A DNA stretch of 64,000 bases from Hypanus sabinus (Eukaryota), in contig NC_082709.1 of the NCBI RefSeq assembly GCF_030144855.1, forward strand, positions 125,240,001-125,304,000. Direction: 5' to 3'. A program made the translations under genes and the position numbers. The notes beneath the pieces are model-generated. The model saw only the letters and a program-made list of their open reading frames with translations, had not been told where the DNA came from and ran no database searches. Positions 39,471 through 51,479 of the stretch are shown one piece after another; within the stretch, counting starts at the first letter, position 1; each line of letters starts with the position of its first letter.

Positions 39471-41130
39471 GATATGATGGTGGGGGAGCAAGGCAGTACG
39501 GTTATTGGAAATGTGAAATAAAACAGAAAATTTTGGAACACCAAGTCAGATATCATCTGGGGAAGGAGATGGTTAAGGCTTCAAGTCAAGCTTCTGATAA
39601 AAGTTTGTTGGCCTGAAATGTTACCTGTGCTTCCCTTTCCAAAGGTATTGCCTGAAGGAAAGTGAGGCAAATCCTTTTTGTAGATGGATTTTAATTGGGA
39701 ACTGGCTACCTACAGAGGCAGGATCACCGAGACTTCTGAAAAGGAAATTACAGTATATAAGTGAGGGAAAATAAATTCAGTGGAGTTGGACTACAAGGAT
39801 AACTTCACAAGAGTCAAAGTTGACTTGATCTACCTTCTCTGCTGTGACTATTTTGTTAACTCTACACTTATTCTGTGGTGGGATTGTAACAAAGTACCAA
39901 ATGGATCACAACCACATAGGTTGGTCCAGCAAGCAAATACCGTAGATTGTGATCTATTTGGTTACAATCAGATAAATTGTCCAACCAAAATTTTCACCAG
40001 GTACTGAAATAGTTTATAACTGAATAATTATGACCAAATAGACTGCAACCAAAGTTTTCACAGCTGTTTTTAAATAGCAACGTAGCAGTTCTTGTTCCCT
40101 GATTTCCATCCAGTATTCAAAGCCAGAACTCTTTTTTTTCCCCCTCTCAGACAAAAGAGGAGCATGCCAAAAATTCACCCTTTGTCTTCAAGTTGATAAA
40201 AGTTCTAAATAGCTGTAATATCCTGCTGACTACACTTGATGGATTCTGGTGTTTATATCCAGGGTTCTTTTAGAAGTCAGGAAAGAGGCACAAGATTTGT
40301 TGCTTCACAATTGTTTTATTAAGAGTTGATAGAACAGGAACAGACAGTGAGGAAGTGGGCTCTACTCGATGATGGAGACAAAGGAACAAAGATGGTGCCT
40401 AGCACCTAGCATATAACAGCCACTTTTATACCGCAGAGTTTAGAAAAATTCCATTCAAAGCTGTGGATAAGAGGCAGCCAATTAGAAAGTACTCATTTGA
40501 ACACTGCCATACCAAGTTAACTAATGAGAAACCACTTATTCAAGTAATGCAGATTAAAGAAACTTCAAGAGCTTTCCAGTATTATACTTTCTATAGTCAC
40601 TAGAGGCGTGTTAAACTAGTGTGCATGTAACTTGCTGCCCATTACACCGCGGGCATTTAGGGCAGCAATGAAGGAGCTACACATGTATGTATAAGAACTA
40701 CTTAAAATACAAGCAGATAATTGTTAAACTGCAAAGAAAATAACAAACTGCCAGTTGTATTGTTCTGATACAATGAAAATTGTTTGTTAGAAAAAATATT
40801 AATTTAAAAATTATTAAAATAAATAGTTGAAAACATAAAAGTATGTTTGAAAAACTTACTTTTCCATGATCTCCCATTCATAAATGAAGATTCCAATTTC
40901 TTTGCAGAATGGAGACAAGTGATAGACATAGCAACATCTTGAGTTGTTTATTTTGGGATTCCAGCAGGATCAGAAAGTGTAAGCAGTTGATTGTTATCAG
41001 TCCCCTTTGCAACCTGGCTACAGATAATTTAATTCCGCCGATTACCTTCAGTTGTACATTTTTTCAGATGCTTCGTCTTACAAGTTTTTCTTTTTTTTAA
41101 GGTTATTGAAACCTAGTAAACAGCATTGGA

Positions 41131-41191
41131 ATGGGGAAGAAGAAGGAAAGACTGAGTTCTGCTCAGGATGATGAGGCGTCTGATAATCATG
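41131..41191 (+). CDS. USP16: USP16 first coding exon (exon probably starts at 41102)
   Basis: MGKKKERLSSAQDDEASDNH plus G. Acceptor ttttttttaag, donor G|gtaata, phase 1 fits the next exon. Confidence 0.88.
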
Positions 41192-41209
41192 GTAATAAAA
41201 TGCTTTGTT

Positions 41210-43460
41210 TCATAGAACAGTACAGTTCTATGTACTGTTGTGCCAACCTTTTAATCTACTCAAAATCAAACACTTCCCTCCCACCATTTTGCTTTCATCT
41301 ATGTACCTGTCTGATAGTCTCAAAAGTCCCTAATGCACCTGCTCTACCAACAGACCTGGCAATGTATTCAGTCCACGTACCACTCCCTGATACTTTTCTC
41401 CTCTCACCTTATGATTACAATTATGCCCTCTCATATTAGCCATATTATGCTACTCTGGGAAGAAAGGCACTCTCTCTGCTTCTTATCATCTTAATGATCT
41501 CTAATCAATTCACCTCTCATCCTCCTCTGCAAAGAGAAAAGCCCTACCTTGCTCAACCTTTACTCAAGACATGCTTTCTAATCCAGGTAGCATCCCGGTA
41601 TAGCTCCTCTGTGCCCCCTCTCTCAAACTTCCACATCCTTCCTATATGAGGTGACCAGAACTAAACACAGTACCCCAAGTGTGGTCTAAACAGAGTTTTA
41701 TAGGGTGGCAATATTACCTTGTGGCTCCTGAACTCAGTCTCCCGACTAATGAAGGTCAACACACAATACGCCGCCTTAACCATCCTATCAACTTGTGTGG
41801 CAACTTTGAGGGATCTACAGACATGGACCACAAGATCCTTCTGCTTCTCCACGCTGCTAAGAATCTGCCATTAGCCTTGTACTCTGCCTTCAGGCTTTAC
41901 CTTCCAAAATGAATCACTTCACACTTTTCAGCACTGAACTCCATCTGCCAGTTTTCAGCCCAGCTCAGCATCCTATCAATGTCTAGTTGTAACACACAAT
42001 AACCTTTTACACTATCCAGAACACCACCAGTCTTTGTGTCATCTTCAAACTTACTAACCCACCCTTTCACTTCTTCATCTAGGTCATTTATAAAAATCAC
42101 AAAGAGCAGGGATCCCTCACAGAACTTTGTGGGAACCACTAGTCACTGACCTTCAGACAGAATACATTCCATCTACTACAAATCTCTTTCTTCTGTGGGC
42201 AAGCCAATTCTGAAACCACGCAGCCAAGTTTCCATGGATCCCATGCCTTCTAATTTTCTAAGTAAGCCTACCATGGGGAACCTTATTGAACACCTTACTA
42301 AAATCCTTATATACCACATCTACTGATCCTCGTTCAGCAATTTATTTGGTCATGTCCTCAAAGAGTTCAGCTAGGCTTGTGAGACATGACTTGCCCCTCA
42401 CAAAACTGTTCTATCCCTAGTCAGATTATGCTTCTCCAAATGCTAGTAAATCCTTTCTCTAAGAATCCTCCCAAATAGTTTGCCCACCACTGATGTAAGA
42501 GTCACTGGTCTGTAATTCCCAGGGTTATTCCTATTACCTTTCTGAACAAAGACTAGATTTAGAAATACAGCACGGTAGCAGGGCCTTCTGGCTCAATGAG
42601 CATGTGCCACCCAATGACAAATTTACCTACTGATCCATTCATCTTTAGAATGTAGGAGGAAACCAAAGCACCTGGAGGAAACACACATGGTCACAGGGAC
42701 AATGTACAAACTTACAGAAAGTGGTGGATTTGGACTGGGTTCCTGGAGTTGTAATAGCATTATGCTAACTACAGGAAATAACCCCCCCCTTCCCTCCCCC
42801 CCCCCCCCCCCCCCCAATCTTCTGGTACTACTCTCATGGGCAGCGAGGATGCAAGGATAATTTCTAAAGGAGCAGCGATCTTTTTCCCTTGCTTCCTGTA
42901 GAATCCGGTTATACGCTGATCTCATATTCATAAAGGTCCCTCTATCATACTCGCAGGCCTTCTCATGTCGCCTTAAGCTCCTTCTTGATGACCTTATAGC
43001 TCTCAAACCCTGTCTGATCTTTTCTTCCTAAACCTTAAGTATGCTTCCTTTTTCTTGACTATAAGTTCTACTTGTCAACCATGTTTCCTTCACCCGACCA
43101 TCCTTTCCCTGCCTCATAGGGACAAGCCAATCCAGAACCCCATGCGAGTGCTCCCTAAGCAGCCTCACATTTCTGTGGTTTATTTCTCTTGAGTTACATC
43201 TGCCCCACATTCATCTGCCAAATCATCCTTTTCTTACCCTCAATGGCTCATGGTACAGAGATTACTACATTTGAGGTCCTGCCTTTTAGCTTCTTACCTA
43301 GCTGCTCCCTATATTCACTCTGCAGGACTTCATCCCTTTTCCTCCCTATATTGTTGGTACGAATATGTTCCATAACTTCTGGCTGCTGTCCCTCCCCATT
43401 AAAAGTGCTGAGGACCTGATGTGAGGCCCTGGTACCTGGGAGACTTCTTACCACTCAAAT
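41210..43460 (-). mobile_element. Degenerate CR1 LINE with ORF1 remnant; SINE nested at ~42555-42772
   Basis: LFVIFINDLDEEV...SKFEDDTK, RPHLGYCV; ORF1 GEGQQPEVMEHIRTNNIGRKRDEVL. Confidence 0.8.
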
Positions 43461-44402
43461 TTCTTACCACAGGAGCCTAGGTTGTACCTCATCAGGCCCT
43501 GTCAACTTACTGTAATACCACCTTTCTAATGGTAACTTGTTCCAGATTTTCCAGGTCCAATGTATTTCTCCTCAGTGAACAAAGATGTGAAATATTTATT
43601 TAGGAACTCACCTGTGTTCTGTGACTCCATTTTATTCTCAAGGGTTCTACTCTTTCCTTGGTTACTTTTTAAAGTTTAATCTATTTACATTATATTTTGC
43701 AATTTTTTTTTAATGTCATTTTTCCTTCTGTTGTTCCTGTATGTTTTTAAATGCCCTCCTAAGCTTTCTATGCTCCTATTCGGCCTTTCCATTTTCAGTT
43801 CTCTATTACCAGCACCATACTCCCTTCCAGCTCTTGATATCCCGTAACATCAAAGGTTCCTTAGACTTGCTGTCCTTGAAGTTTTTCTACCTTCACTTCT
43901 GATTGACTTCCAGTTCAGAGTTGCTGCTCCTGATCTACTTTTGCCAGATTTTGTCATATTTAGTTCTTCCCCTAATTCAGGATCTAAATCTCTGAGTCAT
44001 CCGTATCCTTTCCTCATAACTGCATTGAAGCTTTACAGTTACAGTCACCATGACCAAAATACTCTTCTACTGTCAGTACCTCACCCTATATTCCCAAAGA
44101 TTAGATCTAGCACTGCCCTTTTGTTGGACAGAATGTATGTTGACTCCAAAAGTCTCGCCTCAATCCACTTGAATAATTCCACCCTCTCTCATCCCATTTG
44201 ATATTGGGGAAGTTGAAAACCTGTTATAGTAACCTTATTCTTACATTGTATACTTTGTTAAATCATGCTCTCTCCTGATTAATACCATCAGGTAGGATGG
44301 GCAGGAGCATGAAGACCCACAGTAAGCATTTAGGTAACATAATCTTCCCCTCAGTTATCAGGTTTTTGAACAGTCCATGAACACCAGTTCAGAATTCTTT
44401 TG

Positions 44403-45634
44403 AAAAGGAAACACGAGGAAATCTGCAGATGCTGGAAATTCAAGCAACACACACAAATGCTGGTGGAACACAGCAGGCCAGGCAGCATCTATAGGAAGAA
44501 GCACTGTCGACATTTCAGACCGAGACCCTTCGTCAGGACTAAGGAAAGATAGTAAGAGATTTGAAAGTAGGAGGGGGGGAATACGAAATGATAGGAGAAG
44601 ACCGGAGGGGGGTGGGGTGAAGTTGAGAGCCGGAAAGGTGATTGGCAAAAGGGATACAGAGCTGGAGAAGGGAAAGGATCATGGGACGGGAGGCCTAGGG
44701 AGAAAGAAAGTTTGGGGGGGAGCACCAGAGGGAGATGGAGAACAGGCAGTGATGGGATGAGACAGAGGAAAAAAATAGGAGGGGGGAAAACTAAATATAC
44801 CAGGGATGGGGTAAGAAGGGGAGGAAGGGCATTAATGGAAGTTAGAGAAGTCAATGTTCATGCCATCAGGTTGGAGGCTACCCAGCTGGTATATAAGGTG
44901 TTGTTCCTCCAACCTGAGTATGGCTTCATCTTGCCAGTAGAGGCCATGGATAGACATATCAGAATGGGGATGGGGCGTGGAATTAAAATGTGTGGCCACT
45001 GGGAGATCCTGCTTTCTCTGGCAGACAGAGCGTAGGTGTTCAGCGAAACGGTCTCCCAGTCTGCGTCGGGTCTCACCAATATATAAAAGGCCACATCGGG
45101 AGCACCGGACGCAGTAAACCACACCAGCTGACTCACAAGTGAAGTGTCGTCTCACCTGGATGGACTGTCTGCGGCCCTGAATGGCAGTGAGGGAGGAAGT
45201 GTAAGGGCAGGTGTAGCTCTTGTTCCGCTTACAAGGATAAGTGCTAGAAGGGAGATTGGTGGGAAGGGATGGGGGGGGGGGACGAATGGTCAAGGGAGTC
45301 GCGTAGGGAGCAATCCCTGCGGAAAGCAGAAAAGGGGGAGGGAAAGATGTGCTTGGTCGTGGGATCCCGTTGGAGGTGGGCCCGTCCCATGATCCTTTCC
45401 CTTCTCAGCTCTGTATCCCTTTTGCCAATCACCTTTCCAGCTCTCAGTTTCACCCCACCCCCTCCGGTCTTCTTTCATTTTGCATTTGCCCCTCCCCCTC
45501 CTACTTTTAAATCTCTTACTATTTTTCCTTTCAGTTAGTCCTGACGAAGAGTCTCGGCCCGAAACGTTGACAGTGCTTCTTCCTATAGATGCTGCCTGGC
45601 CTGCTGTGTTCCACCAGCATTTTGTGTGTGTTGC
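44403..45634 (-). mobile_element. Penelope-like element (5'-truncated) with GIY-YIG endonuclease and inverted pLTR
   Basis: ORF 44832-45293: FTCESAGVVYCVRCSRCGLLYIGETRRRLGDRFAEH...EQHLIYQLGSLQPDGMN. Inverted repeat 44444-44690 / 45381-45634. 14-bp TSD TCAGAATTCTTTTG (44389-44402 and 45635-45648). Confidence 0.93.
45537..45572 (+). ncRNA. Minimal hammerhead motif in the inverted pLTR (a second copy lies on the minus strand at 44506-44540)
   Basis: AGTC CTGACGA AGAGTCTCGGCCC GAAA CGTT GAC; one helix II mismatch. Confidence 0.6.
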
Positions 45635-45689
45635 TCAGAATTCTTTTGTACTCTTTATTTACTTGTTATAACTTATGGTAATTTTTAAG

Positions 45690-46400
45690 TTGAAGTTCAA
45701 GTTTACTTGTCGTACAACCATACACAAATACCCATAAATCGAGACAAATACTGGGTTACTCTAGGGCCAAGGTGCAAAACACAGTACCACCAGTCATACA
45801 CAGCACATATAAGGCAACAACAGTAAAATAGTAACACAACAAAGTATAGTCCAAGTTCCTGAGCCTATAAATGTTGCAGCAGTCTGCAATCAAACACCCT
45901 ACATCTTGTCTTCTGCCAAGCAAATACTGAAGGGCTGCACTGACTCCAGCACGAACACCGCGCCACACCCACTCCACCTCTCCTGGTTGGCTGCAAACAG
46001 GCGACATAGCAGTTTGAGCTCTAGTCCTCACTGTGACCAAGGCCATGCAGCTCCCCTGCCGTCCGCACCCACCATTCACCAATTAAAGTGAATTGGACTT
46101 GCAGCATTCTACATTACCAGTGTCCAGTAGGGTCTTGAAATCACAAGAAAAGCGACTAAGATGATCATTTGCTGATAAACTGCACACTGACTCTGCCGCA
46201 GGCAGCAGCACGGTTCACATCAAGTCCAGCTCCGTCAGTTTCTCCATTAGGCAAGTCGCTGTTGGGGTAGGCCTGCAGTTCTTAATGTCCAGCAGGATCT
46301 TGCAATCATAAAGAAAAATGCATTTAAAATAAAACCAGTAACACCTTTGGTTGGCACTGTAGAAGCCGCTATGTCCGAGTGTGCTGCTATCTTACCAGAA
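45690..46400 (-). mobile_element. Probable non-autonomous retroelement
   Basis: Minus-strand 5' TTCTGGTAAGATAGCAGC; 3' tail TAAACTTGAACTT; internal ~45-bp duplication. Interrupts a LINE tail. Confidence 0.45.
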
Positions 46401-46789
46401 CCAGCTTATGTTCTTGCACTGTCACAAAACCACAAATTTCACAACATATGTCAGTGGTAGTGAACCTAATTCTGATTTTAATTCACTTCTGTGATTTAGC
46501 TCTCTGCTGTTGACTTATCAGGTCAATAGCAAACTCAGGCAAATGATTTCATTTGAATAACTTTTTGAGAATATCCTCCCTCATTACTGCAGAAATGGAG
46601 TACTTAATTAATATTGTAATGTGACCTCCTGTTTTATATTCACCCCATCATGTCTAAAAATTCTACACCTGGAATGTTGATAGTCTCTGACAGGAATAAA
46701 ATCATATTCCCAACAACTAAGTTATTCTGTGTGTTTTGGTCTCCTTGCATTAGAATAGAAGCAGTTTAGAATTGTATTCTATTTGCCTT

Positions 46790-47400
46790 ATCACACCTGT
46801 GCATGTTCTGTAGACTCTATTGGCTTAATTTTGTTTCTATATTTGACTGTAGCTTCCCTCTCCTGCCAAGTTTAAATCCTTTCCAACAATGGCTAGCAAA
46901 CCTCCACCTAAGGACATTAGGCCTATTCCAATACAGGTTCAACTTGCTTACCTTATTTAACCTGTTTGGTTTTGCATAAAATGGTCCCAGTGACCCAGAA
47001 ATCTGAAACCCTCCTGCACCCTCCTTTAGCTGCATGATCGCCTTATTTGTCTTCTCATACTTGCTGCCACATGGAACTGTGTAGTTCAGGGATTGCAAAT
47101 TTAGAGGTCCTTTACTTTAATCTGCTAATTAGGTCCTTAAATGGTACAAGACCCTTTGTGTCTGTTACTGATATTGATGCAAGAGCATTTCATTCATGTG
47201 GTTTTCTCAACACCTTTAGAATACCATGCAACCAATTTATCAACTCTATCGGGATTTGCGTTTACATCAGCACCAGTGCCTGTCTGTTCTCACAATTGAG
47301 TTTCTGACCATTAATCGCTTTAGAACACCTCCTGCTCCTTTTATGCATCTGAGCGATCCACAGTGCCATGATCTTAGTTCTGCCTCTTCTCCCTGGATAT
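46790..47400 (-). mobile_element. Old CR1 ORF1 (esterase region) remnant
   Basis: EGAGGFQISGSLG...LNLYWNRPNVLRWRFA and VLLEVSTND-like remnants. Confidence 0.55.
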
Positions 47401-47629
47401 ACAATTCCAAAATAGAGGAATAGTTTTGGAACAAGATAAAGATTTAGGTTCAAGATTCCAGGATTCAAGATTGTTTCATGTTACTTCCAGTACATAAGCA
47501 TAAATGAGAACAAATAATTGTTACTTTGGATAAGACGCATCACCAAAAAAAAACACAAAATGAAAAAGTATACCATAATATAAAACAATAAATATACATA
47601 AGATTGGTTCTTTACATTGATTGTATGTA

Positions 47630-49223
47630 TAGTGCCTTTGAAAAGTATTCAGCCCTCTTGGAAGTTTTCATGCTTTATTATTTTACAGTTTTGAATCACT
47701 GTAGATTTAATTTGGCTTTTTTGACCCTGATCAACAAAAAAATACTCTTTCGTTTTGAAGTAAAACATTTCTACAAATTGGTCTAAATTTATTTGTTATT
47801 AAACACAAAATAATTGATTGCAAAATTATTCATCCCCATCAAGTCACTGTTTAGTAGATGCACCTTTGGCAACAATTACAGCCTTGAGTCTGTGTGGATA
47901 GGTCTCTAACAGCTTTGCACATGTGGACAGTGTAATTTTTCCTCATTTTTTCTTTACAAAACCGCTCAAGCTCTGTCAGATTGCACAGGAATTGTAAGTG
48001 AACAGCCCTTTCAAATCTAGCCACAAATTCTCAATTGGATTGAAGTCTGGACTCTGACTTAGCCATTTCTGGACATTAACTTTGTTGTTTTTAAGCCATT
48101 CCTGTGGAGCTTTGGCTTTATACTTGGGGGTCATTGTCTTGCAGGAAGACAGATCTTCTCCCAGGTCACAATTCTTTGCAGACTGCACCAGGATTTCCCT
48201 GTATTTTGCTGCATTCATTTTACCGTCTACCTTCCAAGCCTCCCAGGACTTGCTGCAGTGAAGCATTCCCACAGCTTGATGCAGCCACCAGTGTGCTTCA
48301 CAGTCGGGATGGTGTGTTTTTGATGATGTGCAGTGTTTGGCTTACACCAAACATAGCTTTTAATCTGATGTTCAAAAAGCTCAATTTTGGTTTCATCAGA
48401 TCGTAGAACCTTTTTCCAGCTGATTTCAGGATCTCCCATGTGCCTTCTGGCAAACTCTAGCCAAGATTTCATGTGAGTGTTTTCTCAACGGTGTCTTTCT
48501 CTTTGCTACTCTCCCATAAAGCTGTGACTGGTGAAGCACCTGGGCAACAATAATTGTATGTGCAGTCTCTCCCATCTCAGCCATTGAAGCTTGCAACTCC
48601 TCCAGAGTTGGCAAAGGTCTCCTGGTGGCTTCCCTCACTAGTCCCCTTCTTGCACAGTTACTCAGTTTTTGAGGACAGCCTGCTCTAGGCAGATTTACAG
48701 CTGTGCCAGCCATATTCTTTCTATTTCTTTACAATTGACTTAACTGTATTCCAAGGAATATTCAGTGACTTGAAAATTTTTTTGTGTCCATCTTCTGACA
48801 TGTGCATTTTAATAACCTTGTCTTCTTGGTGTAGTTTTTGCCAGGATACTGTCTGACCAGCAGTTGGCCCTTCCAGATAGAGCTGTATTTTTACTCCAAT
48901 CAATTGAAACATCTTGATTGTACACAGTGATCTCCATTAACTAATTATGTGACTTCTAAAACCAATTGGCTGCACTAGTGATGATTTGGTGTGTCATCTT
49001 AAAGGGGGATGAATATTTGTTGAATCAAATATTTTGTGTTTTATATTTGTAATTAAGTTAGATCACTTTATAGAGATCTGTTTTCACTTTGATATGAAGG
49101 GGTCTTTTTCTGATAATCAGTGTCAAGAAAAGCCAAATTCAATGTGAATCAAAAGTGATTCAGTGTTGTAAAACAATACAACATGAAAACTTCCAAGGGA
49201 GGTGAACACTTTCATAGGCACTA
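47630..49223 (-). mobile_element. Full-length Tc1-type transposon with a frameshifted transposase
   Basis: TIRs TAGTGCCTTTGAAAAGTATTCA / TGAACACTTTCATAGGCACTA, ~200-bp IR/DR arms, TA TSD. Motifs IPWNTVKSIVKK, SDETKIELF, QSPDFNPIENLW. Confidence 0.93.
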
Positions 49224-49649
49224 TACATAATGTGATGCTAGGTACAGGAGTGTTTGTATACAAGGTGACTGACAGGAAATGATAAAATAGGATGGTGGGA
49301 ATGTGTTGTGTTGGGGTTTATCAGCATTACTGCTTAGTAACTGATTTTGAGACTGTTAGTCCTGGTGTGGATGCTGCATCCTCTCTGATGGGAGTGGGAC
49401 ATACAGTCCATGATCAGGTTGGTTGGTATCCTTCATGACATTGCTGGCCTTTTTCCAGGATCTTTCTGTATATTAGTCCTTTGTGCTGGATAGGCTAGTG
49501 CCAGTGATGTGTTTGGCAGTTTTGACTACCTGTTGTAGAGCCTTCCTGTCCACCGCTGTGTAGTTTCTGTACCCTGCAATGACACAGCATATTAGGATGC
49601 CCTCTACTGCACATCTGTAGAAAATACTGAGTATTGATGTGCAAAGATG

Positions 49650-49961
49650 AAAATTAGCTTTATTAGTCACGTGTATTGAAATATGCAGTGAAATGCATCA
49701 TGTGCTTCAAAGACCAGCATAGTCCATGTATTTGCTGGGGGCTGCCCACAAATGTTGCCATCCTTTCGGCACCAACCTAGCATGACCCTGACTTACTAAC
49801 CCTAACCTGTAGTCTTTGGAGTGTGAGAGGAAACAGGAGCACCTGGAGTAAACCCGCACAGTTACAGAGCGAACGTACAAACTCCTTTCAGATGGCAGCA
49901 AGACTTCAACCCAGACTGCTGATGCTGTGGTAGTGTTACACTATTATGCTACTATGGTGCC
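49650..49961 (-). mobile_element. tRNA-derived SINE
   Basis: Minus-strand head GGGCACCATAGTAGCATAATAG...CTGGGTTGAAGTC with a V-SINE-like core (GGGTTTACTCCAGGTGCTCCTGTTTCCTC). Confidence 0.7.
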
Positions 49962-50472
49962 CTGTGAAATTTATGTAACTACCTGACCTCTTTTTCTACC
50001 TAATGGTTACTAATTTGTTCTCTGGCCAGCCTTCCTTCAGGTTTGAGGTCACCGCTTCTTCTTGCAGTGTGCTGTTTAAGTAACTGTCAGTGTTCTGGAT
50101 GAACTGTGGTGCTTCCATCTGCTGCTCAAGCCTCAAAACCTTGCACTTAAGTTGGCCAAGCTACAGTCATTTTCTGCATATGTGGTCATCTAGAAAGCAA
50201 ACAGCATCTCGGAATTTCCACATACTACGTCACACCACACGTGGAACTATATTCTCCAATCCTTTTTATTTAGAAACAGCTCCATAAAATGTATTCAGCA
50301 GTTGCTGTATTCACACAATTTGAACAATAAAAAAGTAAAAATATTCATTGAGAGTCTCAATTGTGTTTGTGCCCTTTTCCGTGATGTAATACTAAGACAC
50401 AAGTTAGGTTTGTATCATTGAGTGTTGCAAGGACTTCTACTGAGTATTTTCAATTTTTATCATTCAAATTGT

Positions 50473-50700
50473 GGGGCGGCACAGTAGCATAGTGGTTAGC
50501 ACAATGCTATTACCGTGCCAACGGCCTGGGTTCAATTCCCGCTGTTTTCTGTAAGGAGTTTGTATGTTCCCCATGACTGTGTGGGGTTTCCTCCCGCATT
50601 ACAAAGACATACAGATGAGTTATTAGGTTAATTGGTCACATGGGTGTAATTGGGCCAGCATGGGCTCGTTGGGTCGAAATAAACTGTTATGTACCTATAT
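50473..50700 (+). mobile_element. tRNA-derived V-SINE/HE1-like element
   Basis: GGGGCGGCACAGTAGCATAGTGGTTAGC (A box)...GGGTTCAATTCC (B box)...GGGTTTCCTCCC. Confidence 0.8.
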
Positions 50701-50830
50701 TGAATATTAACAGTAGACCAATTTATTTTAAAATTTGCACAACTTTAGAGAAAAAATATGTAACTAATGAAACCAATGATTAGGCAACATTTGTATGCCT
50801 AACTAAATTTTGAATTTCCCATTATTTTAG

Positions 50831-51006
50831 TGCCTCAATGTACTCACTTTCATAAGGGATTGAACCAACGCAAGGTTAAGAAAGTTTTTGACCAGGATTG
50901 GTGCGATGCTTGTGATGTCTGCAAAGCTGAGGACAAAACCAAGAGCAAATGTGAGGAAACTGATGAAACGCCAACCATCTGGTTATGCTTAAAATGTGGG
51001 CATAAG
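50831..51006 (+). CDS. USP16: USP16 coding exon 2 (ZnF-UBP)
   Basis: PQCTHFHKGL...CDVCK...IWLCLKCGHK; acceptor attttag, donor AAG|gtaaat. Confidence 0.95.
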
Positions 51007-51479
51007 GTAAATGGCTGTAAGAATCACAGTAATTTGCTTGCAACCTTGAGTAAAGTTTGGCTTTAAATATTAAAAGACAATGTGTGATACTTGGTTAAAG
51101 GAGCTGAAATGTGTCTCATGACTGGCAAATGATTTAGCATATTATGATGGTTTGAATGTCTGAGGAAAAATATCTTCATTAAAATATTTCTTGATCTTTT
51201 GGTCAAAAACTGATGTCAGACCACAAGATCAAGTTGAGAATCTGTATGAAAATGGTTCCCCACCATTCAGTGAATATATGTGAGCTCAGAGATTACAAAA
51301 TTTCTACGTCCACATTCCCATTTATTTTGTCATATATGCCAGATTTTGTTGTTTCCTAACTTTTTATCTGCTGTAACTGCTATATACTTACCTACAAGTT
51401 TAATTTTTTTTACCTTTAACAAACCTGCATTGAGTGAACCTTTTTATTTGCATAAAAAGAATGAAATAATGTGCTTGAC

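Noticed and set aside
42782-42815. Poly-C/G tracts as regulatory G-quadruplexes (also ~36530, ~57095, ~58000)
   Set aside because: Homopolymer expansions inside TE debris with no independent support.
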